Assembly: GCA_002633005.1 (NCBI GenBank)
Contig: NMRA01000120.1
Location: 129,056 to 193,055 of the forward strand
DNA from: Phoronis australis
Lineage: Eukaryota > Animalia > Phoronida
DNA: 64,000 nt
Direction of reading: 5' to 3'
A program made the translations under genes and the position numbers. The notes below the pieces were generated by a model that saw only the letters and a list, made by a program, of their open reading frames with translations, was not told where the DNA came from and searched no databases. How positions within the stretch are numbered: position 1 is the stretch's first letter; every line of letters starts with the position of its first letter. This document shows, one piece after another, positions 39,748 through 50,348 of the stretch.

Positions 39748-40576
39748 TTTTTTCCCTAAAATATACCTGGATGCATATCTGAGAATAAAAATGCATGCTT
39801 GAAATCTGAAAATAATGCTATTCCCACTAGAATATAATTAGGGTGAGATACAGTATTTATACTGTGTTCGTGTATTCGACATTGCCGAGTATAGGCCCTG
39901 GTGTATTTTAAATTTTTTCCCTAAAATATACCTGGATGCATATCTGAGAATAAAAATGCATGCTTGAAATCTGAAAATAATGCTATTCCCACTAGAATAT
40001 AATTAGGGTGAGATACAGTATTTATACTGTGTTCGTGTATTCGACATTCATTTGCCGAGTATAAGCCCTGGTGTATTTTACATAGACGTATGGTTTCCCG
40101 ACCTTATATACGGAAATTGTTGGTAATACTTCCCAAAATTATTTACCCTTGCTGCAAGTAAGGCATCACCTCGGGTAAAAATAGAACAATAATAATTAGC
40201 AATGTAACAGTCATCTCTTTCGAATCAAACACAATTAAACACAGTTACAGCTGAAATGCCTCTAAAACTATCTTAAGTAATACAAAAGTCATGGTCTGTA
40301 GTTTAAAATCACCTTTTTTGTCTCAAAACTATCAACTGAAGGCGGTGACATGGACAAGAAGACCAGGCCCTGTGGAAAGTAGATATGGAACTCCAGGTCG
40401 GAAACACCTATAAGGTCCCAGGCTCGTTGCATCGGACTGTACGTCCTGTATTCTTGTTAGCCTACCCCTAGGACCGCGAGAAGCAACGACTATCAAATCT
40501 GATTCAACTGACTTATCATTTTTGGAAATGATTGGAGTATTTTCTTACGGTCGCCGCAGACAGAGATCGAGTGCCA

Positions 40577-40720
40577 CAGGGCGGCGCAGCACTGAAAAAA
40601 GTGGGGGGCTAAAGCCCCCCTCAGACCCCTGTGGTGCATCGCCTATTGACCATGCGTGGCGTAGCACTGAAAAAAGTGAGAGGTTATAGCCCCCCAGTCC
40701 CCTATGGTGCGCCGCCCATG
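40577..40720. mobile_element. Tandem dimer of about 70-bp mini-MITE
   Basis: CAGGGCGGCGCAGCACTGAAAAAAGTG...GGTGCATCGCCTATTG then CATGCGTGGCGTAGCACTGAAAAAAGTG...GGTGCGCCGCCCATG. Confidence 0.55.
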
Positions 40721-42968
40721 TCCCGGTGTCCTCAGTTGTCGGGATTCATCTTAATCTCGGGACACCATGGTGGCTCATTCCTTGCTAACTATCTCATTCA
40801 AAATTATTAAGCAAGCCCAGAACGGCTGCACGAAGATTTCAATCATTCGCCGGGATGCAGGTAAGTGGCAGTAAAACTTAATTGTCCGGCGATAGTTGGG
40901 CATTTGCAAAGGCCAGGACGTTTTAAATCAAAAACGTTTCGTAAACACGCAAGTTGATGTCAGGCGTGCATGTTCAATGTCACAGTCGGGAGTCGAACAG
41001 CACGGCCTATTTAAACCAGAGCACATGTTACGCTACAACGAAAAGTTGCAGCCTTCGGTGTATTTCCTATTTGTATTTTCATCAGAAATTTTCGTTATGC
41101 GGAACTCGGTGGTTCTTTTCATAGCTAAAGCGCCAAACACAAGCTAAACGCAAGACAATCGAGTAACGGTAGTGACATCGTCAAGACAAGGTAGAAATTA
41201 CAAACCCGTCATACCGATTCTCGGACTCAAGCCTTATACAGTAGTAATCATCCGTTGAACGCTTTAGTGACACGGGAGTTGCGTCGATCCCAAATTACCG
41301 TTTCTAAAATTTTCCTTGTCCGAAAGTCGCGGGACAAAATTCCGATGTTTATGACAATGTCCGAAATTCGAGGATCTTTGAAAAACAGTTTTTGGACCTT
41401 GTACGAATTTCGTGGACTATGAAAAACTCATTTCAGAAATATTTATTCTTGGTCGAAAATGGCGGGCCGTCCGAAAATCACGCGACTTTACCGTAGCCAA
41501 ATTTGAACATTTTTCTAGAGTCCTATATAACCTTGAACGGTGGTGAATCCACAACTAAATGGAAGAACAGAGCTCCAAGATCACGTCCTATCAAAAGCCA
41601 AACATTGGACATGTGCAGGCGGGCGTGTGGTTCTTGGTCTTGATGCCGTGGAAATGCAAAACCCAATCTTATCTCTATTGCCAGTATTTCAAGCAACATA
41701 CTATTTGTACATGACTATTCACTTATCATTCTTTCATGTCACATGGAGGGCCACCTTTTTAAACCAGCTCATTTTCCAACTTCTTATAACAAAAATGACC
41801 ACCAGTTAGAGTTTCTTATTTTATAAGATTACACCATGGAACAAATAATGTTGATTGATTGATTGTTTTTGTGGCTATATTCGTAGCCCAAGCCTATTAT
41901 TCAAGTTTGAAGTTGGGAAATTTGACTTGGCCCGAATGGGCTTCAAGAGAAATAGTATCATATATAATAAAATACTCATGTTATTGAAAATGTTTTATTA
42001 GCAAACTGACACTTGAAAAACTCAAGAATGATGTAATGAAATGACTGCTGCCAATTCAATACTATACATCCACGCATTTAGGTCCTTGTGTCTACAACCA
42101 AAGTGATGCATTTTTAAAACCATATTCCCTAAATTGACAGTGAATCTGAGGACTTAGTGCAAACACTGATTATCCTTTCTACTGCTATTTTGTCTTCAAT
42201 AATATGTCAAGTTTTAACTTTGATACACAGTGAGAGTAAACTATGTTGAATTCTTAATATCATTGAAAAATAAACATTGACCTTTTCATGCAACGTTCCT
42301 ATTTTAAGGACGACGTCCTCTCATTTTCATTGAAATTAGCAACCAGTTTCCAGAACTATCATCAGAAGATGTCACAGGCAAAAGAGGAGCTCAGAATAGA
42401 AGTAAAGAGATGGCAAAATATAACATTATTTAGTAACAATTCAAAACAAATTCTACAAATGCACTGAAAACTTAGGGAGCAAACCTAAGTCCCGCCATTG
42501 GTGATTTTCCTTTTTGAAAATTAGGACAACTAAAAAATATAGTAAGATTGCATTGACTTTAATTTTCAGACCAGAACCAATTTTGGTAACTTTCTAGGCT
42601 AAACGTGGTCTACATTGTGATACATAAAAATGGGAGATTAACCAGGAAAGTTACAGTTACCTTACAATTAAAATACACATCACATCTTGCACTAAAACAA
42701 CAAAATCTCATCAGTTGTCCAACAATCACCATTCCAACCTGCACGAGCTGTGTCACTGTAATAGGATGTTATTGGTGCATGACAATTGTCTGATCCACTG
42801 CCGTAGTATAAAGCTGTAGTACAAGGGTGTCGATGAGACAGAAGCAACAATAATGGCTGGATATGAAAACAAACCGAGACAACCAACGGAATTGAGTTGA
42901 TCCTCGCACTGATAAGTATGACACCTTGTGGTGAAGAGTTAGACTTTCTTTTGACTTCAAACTTGTGA

Positions 42969-45900
42969 TTACTTTGGTTTGGTTTCAGCATCACTGACAT
43001 TGCGAATGAATATACTGTCCTCAGTTGGCGTGTCCAGTTCATCTTGTTCGAACATGTATGATGAAGCGATTGCAAGCGTTTGACCGTCGTGACTAAAACT
43101 AAGAGAGCTGATACTTGTAGGGTACCTGGAAATACAGTAAACTGAGTTATACAATTGAAGGATATGGTAATTTGACACCTTCGTAAAAGAATGTGAACCA
43201 GACTATTTCTGTAGCCACAATGACTCTATATAGGTTTTAGTGGAACTGAATGACCGTAAATATGCTCTTAATAACCTCAGAATTGAACTCACAGGTGGTT
43301 TTTGGAATGTTTAGCTAGAAATTCATATTTTGCACTCAGTGATGGGTTGTCAGCCTTGTTGTGAAAAGCATGCGCTCAGTGATGGGTCGCCTGCACTATT
43401 AAGAAAAGCATGCACTCAGTGATGAGTTGCCAGCATTATTATGAAAAGCATGCATTTTGTGATGGGTTGCCAGCAATTATTATGAAAAGCATGCACTCAG
43501 TGATGAGTTGCCTGCATTATTATGAAAAGAAATGGGTGCAAATGCCAGTGTCCTTGCCTAGTGTAATATTGACCTAAAAATATAACTTTTAAGCTGTAGT
43601 AGTAACACTTTGAAAATTAGAAGACCTTTAAATCAGCCCAAAAGGCATAACAGCTCAAGTGATTGAAGAATGCAATTACTCGTTTCTCTTGACACACAGA
43701 AAACGTCTAAAATTCCAGAAAAACCTGGCACTGCAAGTGCACTGAATAACCTCAAAGTTTAGACGGTTTTCTTCACAAGCACTAACCTGTGAAATTGACA
43801 CAGCCTTTTCTTGTTAAAGCCATCCCATATATTGACATAACCATCAGAACCACCTGAGGCGAATGTATTGTAGCTGTTATGGAAGGAGATTGCGTTGACG
43901 GGGTATATCTTCTCCACACCATCTTCTTTAATCCTGTGACATTTGAAGGCGTACTTCTTTTTCTGGATCTCAGGGCTTGGGTCCAAATACTCAACCGCAA
44001 CGCGACCTATTGGGAGAGACAGATAATCACTGCATGAGTTCAAATCTGAACACATTTGGTGACAATGACATGATTTTATTACCACGACATAAAGTGTGAC
44101 TGGAATTTCGATCAAGGCCTGTGTGCACTCATGGAAGACTAATGAAGGGGAGTGCCCAGCTTGTCGCCTCTTTGAGAAATTGAAACAAACAATAATACCA
44201 CCAGAAGAGCCCTGTTTTCACCATACGAATGAGTGAGGACAGAAAGGTGTTCATGAGCATAGAGACAATCGTATGATAAGGGCCACGCGTGACTACCTGA
44301 ATGCATACATTTCTACGGGTAAGACCTTGTCACACCAGCGCCACCTAGTGACTTTTGTAGTTCTCATGAGAACATACTGAATTGCGTCTTGCATGGCAGA
44401 GTCTATAACATAGACATTACTCCTTGTTCTACTTGCCGCAAAGTTATATGAAGTATTACAAGATTTGGAAATTGTCAGATATAGCGTGTCCACATTTTGA
44501 GAACCAGTTTGATGCCCGTTGTTTACTGGAGAAAACTGGTTCTCAAAATGTGGGCAAATGATTTCCGACTGTTACTAAAAGATTTTATTCGTTTTCTCAT
44601 GAAGCCTGTTTTAATAGGCTGTAGATAACGCTGATGCACTGTTATGCGTCGACGATGGAATCCTGGATGTTTTGACGCAGGCTGCCTTCTATTTGATTTT
44701 TAAAAAGGTGAAGTGTGGTATTATATTTATATCTTAACTTTGACACAAATGTGTATAGTGAACCTGCAACACAGGTGAAATAGTTTAAACAGTAAAAAGT
44801 GCACACTGAATACTACAAACCTTCGATAGAGCTCAGTACATAGCCCTGCTTGTTTGGGAATGACCGTATACACCTCGTTTGGTACTTGAGGCTGGACTCC
44901 CGTCGTTGTTGAACATATCCCATGTTCCTCAGATCCCAGACAAGCACACGGCGACCAGCCGTCCCCACTATCAAACGCTCACCGCAGACGGACAGTGTGT
45001 ATACCTGGAACGCAAAACAATTACCATCAGATCAAAGAGCCACAAGAGCGGACTTGTTGAGGTTTAGTAATAATGCCTACCTCTAGCCACGGTCACATTT
45101 GTGGAAATGATCTATTTTCTCATTTTCAATTGATGTACAACATACCAAATAAGGTTTAAAAATTTTATTACATAGATACATTATCATTCAAGAAAGATTA
45201 CATCATGACCAATTTGGAAGCTGCCAAATATATACTTTAAATGACCATATAAGGAAATTTGTGAAAAATTAAAATTAAAGCAGATAAAATTTCAGGAGCG
45301 CTTCCGGTGTCATTGGTGCAAAATTACTAATCTGTTGATGCACTGCAATTGTTTAGATCGGGCCAATGGGCCCATTATAATCACAAGTGAAAAAGGGCAA
45401 AAAATTAACATGACCCATTGGTCCTCCAAATTGGCCCACAGATTTGAGGCCATGTAGGTCAATTCACCCAAGCCCACGTTTTCTGAAATGGTCCGTGTTA
45501 AGGAATGAAATGAAAATACACCAAGTTGAATGCACAAAACATTGTAACTCTATGCTGGTATGGATGAACACGTTGGAAGTCATCCAATGTAGCCATGTTC
45601 AAAACAAACCTCTCCAAAAATGGAGGAGAGAAAGTACAACACAACTCCCAGCGTACAACAACTGCATAATCATCAATATAAAATCAACGACCGGGTAACA
45701 GGGCCCTCGCTCACCTGAGGGGAAATGAGCCTCTCTGAAAGGGGAATTTTTGGTAGAGGAGAAAAAAAAACACCCCGTCTCTACCAATTCCACCCCCAGT
45801 TGCCACTCCTCACCAGCAATGCTTCAAGTAGCCAAAACTTCCGTTTTGCATAAGTGATTCTAATGACAAGGGGATTTTTCTATCATTTGATGGTAATTTT

Positions 45901-47555
45901 TGTGGGCATTATGAGGGGAATGTTTCACATGATCTTAAAATATTTTTTTATAATTTGGCCCCAAACTTGAGGCATTGAGGGCCCTGTATAGTTTTACTGA
46001 CCTTGTCTGGCTGAGAGAATGAACCAGCGTTGCATGGAGCACGGGGATCCCACAACTTGACAGTCGAGTCCCAACTGCCTGATACGACAACGTTTAATGG
46101 CTGACAGTATTCGAGACAACGGACAGGAGCATCGTGGCTACCGACAGTAGTTTCTGTATAAAACACCATGTTGTTTAGGGCTTAACATCAACTTACCACT
46201 ACTCTTTTCAAATTTATCAGATTTAATGACTTTCCACGTACTTAGCAACACAAATTCAAGGACTCTTCAAGAACATTTTTACTCATACCCCCAAAAATTA
46301 GCAAAACTTTGGAAGCAGGCCATTACTTCAATTCCTTCTTGTCAGATTTTCTAACTTTGTACACTTTTGAAATCTGAGGCCTGGTTCTAATCTTTCTACT
46401 CGAAATTTAACTCAAAATTGTTTTTCGCATTTTTCAATCAACTGCTGTGCGAACACAAGATAAGTGTATATTATTCTGTGATCCAATACTTTGTGATTTA
46501 TGCATATGAATTTCTACTCCAACTTCGCATTTGATGACCTCAATGATCGGATCATTAAGTGCAAACTAGGATTAGACGGTTATCAAACAGTTATCCACGC
46601 AAGACATTAATATGTACTGGAGCTAAGAGTAACAGGCACATATCTTGGTTTCAGACAAAAATAGACAACAATTCGATTCCATTAGCAGATGCAACTACAA
46701 AGTTACTTTTACTCTCATGATCTACACAAGCTAGTTGATGACATCAACTAAGTACTATTAAGGACAGCATACATCCACACTCTGGAGACCTGTACCTGAA
46801 CTTGTGTTGAAGTCATACACTTTCACTGCACAGTCAAGACCACCACTGTAGGAATGAACTGGGTCCTAAAATAAAAAAACAATGTCACATGATTTAACAT
46901 TTAATTAATGGAAGGGTAAAATTGTTCAACTGCATTGACATTTAGTTTCAAATGTCATGTCTTGTAAAAATAATGGCATTTGGAAAAGCGATGATAAAAG
47001 TTCACCGTTTATTAACCATCAAAAAGTTTACAAAAATGAACAAAGTTTCATATAAGGCTTTTAATCACTCCTTAAATGTATTTTTTTTAAGGTCTACTCT
47101 ATTGACGTTGTTGTGACTACCCACAGATTTTCATATTTTCTAATGGAAGCAATAGTGCAAAGTTTAAGCCTGATAAAGCGTTAATTTGGTGCTTGTGTAT
47201 CTTCCCTGACAAAAACGATTATTTCACTCGCCAGCCACATTGTGTCTTAAACTGGTCAGATTTTATAATAATTGTATGATGTGTTCTGTCTTATAAAGAA
47301 TTTCTATCACCAAAATACGTTGCACTTGGCAAATTCAACTAGCGTTCAACTTACATAAAAACAACAGTCCAGCACAGAAGCTGAATGGTTGTACTTGATA
47401 CGCAGGTTGTTTGACACTACGTCATAGAGGCGAACAGTGCAGTCCCACGAGGACACCAGAAGAAACTGAGATGAACTAGGAGCAAACTTTACAGCAGAAA
47501 TGCCATCATCTGGAGCGTTGTTTAGCTTGAACTCATGAGCAGTTTCACCCATCAT
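42969..47555 (-). CDS. BUB3: Mitotic checkpoint WD40 protein BUB3, complete, 327 aa
   Basis: Exons in transcript order: 47555-47355, 46865-46796, 46153-46002, 45004-44821, 44006-43787, 43125-42969 (TAA); 984 bp. Motifs: [96 protein letters not shown]. Start could be the second ATG (47552). Confidence 0.97.
43331..43529 (+). repeat. About 40-bp minisatellite, about 5 copies, in the last BUB3 intron
   Basis: Unit GCATGCACTCAGTGATGRGTTGCCAGCATTATTATGAAAA. Confidence 0.9.
44490..44553. repeat. 64-bp hairpin element, copy 2
   Basis: Same 21-bp stem and similar loop (GATGCCCRTTRTT...TGGA) as 26401-26464. Confidence 0.85.
45699..45986. mobile_element. MITE with CAGGGCCCTC TIR, 13 bp from a BUB3 donor GT
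   Basis: CAGGGCCCTC (45699) / GAGGGCCCTG (45977-45986); related copy at 11965-12135. Confidence 0.6.
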
Positions 47556-47614
47556 CTGTAACTGAAGAAGGAACAAACATATCAGAAACTTGTGCACTTA
47601 ACAAACCTCCAATA

Positions 47615-47667
47615 ACACACACGCACGCACGCACGCACGCACACACAAACACACACGTATATATATA
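47615..47667. repeat. (CA)/(CACG)/(TA) compound microsatellite
   Basis: ACACACACGCACGCACGCACGCACGCACACAC...TATATATA upstream of BUB3 coding exon 1. Confidence 0.85.
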
Positions 47668-48766
47668 AACTTGGCTGAAGGCACGGTTGTACTTTTTGTG
47701 ATACCAGTGAGAATATCAGTACGTATATCCGCAAGCTCATCAGAAGCTTGGGTTGTATATTCATGTGTGAACCGCTCACTACAGGCCAATGGGTTATGTA
47801 GCTTGAAATCAGTATAGTCGTGCCTTCAACTAAGTTTGTGCTGACAAAATATACTGATACAAACATATTTAAAATGGGAGCATCACTGTTTCTACTGTTA
47901 TAGGGCTAAGTAGAGAAGGTGGCACTGGTTGGCGTGAACTTGGAATCCTGATTAATCTCAAGAACGCGTAGCAATTTTTCATTTTCTCTTTTATTGTAGG
48001 CTAACTTGTGTCAAAGAATCAGAGGTATATGCGAATGCTTAAATCAATTATTGTTTGATGAATAAGATTGTTAAAAAAAAATTTATTACTTGTACTGACT
48101 GGTCGCTTCTTATTCATAATTTCCGAGTTTTTCCGAGGCGTCCATTTGCAATGCGGATTTAGTGAGGTAGCCATTTTTAAAGGTGCTACACCTCTCGGCA
48201 GAATTGATATCTAACGGTTAATCTAGAGTGCAGTTGGTTCGATGCAGAATGTGTTTCTGTGTTCTCGTATTTTAGCCTGTCAGTGATGTTAGTTATATCT
48301 TATTACCTAATTCCACTTGTTTGAAACAGTTTTTGTCTCTGAGACGACACATGTCCGCACTAACACTAGCCGAAATCATGTCCGCAAAATGCCAAGTGTT
48401 TTCGAGGACGACATTTGTCCGTGAGAACACACACTTTCGTGTTTTTTCTGAAGAAGCCTTCCAGAGGCACTCCTTTATAAATAACAGAGTTTCCCTAATG
48501 TGCCACGCAGTATCTTCAATATGTTAGCCATTTTTGGGGTCTTCTGACACACACGTGATCACTGTAGTTATCATTGCTGCCGAGGTGTCGCAGTTTTAAT
48601 GTCGATCACTAGAGATTGGCTGCCGCAAATGAACACCACGTAAAAAACAGTGAGTGAATGTGTGAACAAGAAGAGCCTAATTAGTATGAGTAATACAATT
48701 TTGGAATCACCACGATCACCATGGTGAGAGGATTCAGAAAAAATTAATATCAAGTATGTATGTATG

Positions 48767-49695
48767 TAGGCAATGACCATCGCCTCTGTTGGCCCGAACC
48801 AGAGGCGATGCAGAGGCTATAGGCGCTCTGTACGCCGGAAGATTTTCGGCGAATTATGCCTCGCACCGACTAAACCATCAGAGTCACGTTGTTATAAATA
48901 CCTTTTGCGCACAGAGGAACACCTGAGGAGGTTGTCGATGTGTTTAATTCCTTCCAACTCGAACAAATACTCCCATTATCAAACTTTTTCTTCGAGCAGT
49001 CCCTATTTCAGTTCCCAAAATCGTGAACTCACCATTTTTATACTGCGCACACTCCAATTTTTACCGCGCTCGCTAGGTGATGTGACTTCATGACCTCAAT
49101 CTTTAAATAGGCCAAAGGTGAGCCATTGCAGTCTTGTCAGTCAAATGTTCATTTCCAAAATGCCACCACTTAAACTTGTCTTTAATTGGCGTTACTTGAA
49201 ACTGATTGTATTTCAATGAATTATTGTTTGTATTTGATAAAAATAAATGCTGTTGATATGACATTTAATAGTCTTTGTGCACATATTTGACATTTTAATG
49301 TTTAACAACATGGCAAATGCACGGCTGGTTCCCAGCAGCACGTACGCGAAGGGCGGGAAATTCAGCTTTCAAAGTTCGCCGGTAGGTCCGCAACTTCTGA
49401 CCTTCGGCCTGGTTAAAAAAATGAAAATGTTGATTTCATGATTTTAGGAACTGAAATAGGGACTGCTCGAAGAAAAAGTTTAATAACGGGAGTATTTGTT
49501 CGAGTTGGAAGGAATTAAACACATTGACAACCTCCTAAGGTGTTCCTCTATGCGCAAAAGGTATTTATAACAACGTGACTTTGATGGTTTAGTCGGTGCG
49601 AGGCATAATTCGCCGAAAAGCTTCCGGCGTACAGAGCGCCTATAGCCTCTGCATCGCCTCTGGTTCGGGCCAACAGAGGCGATGGTCATTGCCTA
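48767..49695. mobile_element. Long-TIR foldback DNA transposon (about 260-bp arms) between BUB3 and MVP-like
   Basis: TAGGCAATGACCATCGCCTCTG... (48767 to about 49030) mirrored at about 49432-49695 with few mismatches; flanks GTATGTATG / GTATGTATA (5-bp exact or 9-bp with one mismatch). Confidence 0.9.
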
Positions 49696-50348
49696 GTATG
49701 TATATTAATGGAGACGGATTGTAATTGTAAACAATTTTCATTGTCATTGGTAAATTGGTTAAAATTTACATTACATGTAATTTGATTTAGTGCAGTGCAA
49801 ATTTTTATCAACGTGAACATGATTATTTGAGTGAACCTGTCAAATTTCGTCGTGTATTCCAAGTTCATGCAAATGCGATCTTGAGATTAATCAAGATTTC
49901 AAGTTCATGCTCAACAGCACTGTCCAGTCAGAAGGAGATCAAAAATCAACTGATCAACAGACAACAGAAGACTCGAACGCACGACTCGCAAATTCCGCCA
50001 AGTGAAGTATCACTTATTAAAGCGTTTTCAAAGGATGATCAACTCTTGCTAAAGACTGAATGAAGTAACACGTTCGTGTTCGTGATCGATTACCGAAATC
50101 TAAGTCATGAAAGCTTTAAATTAATGAGAAAATATTGACTACCTGTTTGTCTTTAGCGGGCACCGGTGCAGTAAATTAGGTCAGAGGAAATCACGGAAAA
50201 TACCGCATTTTCGCCAAGTTCTTGTTGAACAGCCACTAGGCGTCGCTGTGAACCAGGTTGCAGGAAGAGATTCCAAAGCCAGGGGAGGTGAAGCTTGTAA
50301 AACAACTTCGGTTTCTAACTAGTTACTAAGAAATCTCACCCATTTGCA

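Larger units (their letters stand above)
38050..41493. mobile_element. About 3.4-kb non-autonomous Tc1/mariner-like DNA transposon (TA TSD) spanning an assembly gap
   Basis: 22-bp perfect TIR CGGTAAAGTCGCGTGATTTTCG at 38050 and 41472-41493; TA on both sides (38048-49, 41494-95); no intact transposase seen. Confidence 0.85.
37570..41532 (-). mobile_element. Kolobok-like element, copy 3 (reverse), split by a Tc1/mariner-like insertion
   Basis: 37570-38049 joins to 41496-41532 (...TGTGATGTTA|GCCAAATTTGAACATTTTTCTAGAGTCCTATATAACC-TTGA); internal about 190-bp duplication. Confidence 0.6.

Noticed and set aside
39748-40080. About 165-bp tandem duplication
   Set aside because: It starts exactly at the edge of an N gap, so it is likely an assembly artefact.
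48773-49689. Twin ORFs MTIASVGPNQRR... on opposite strands
   Set aside because: They are mirror translations of the two TIR arms, not a gene pair.
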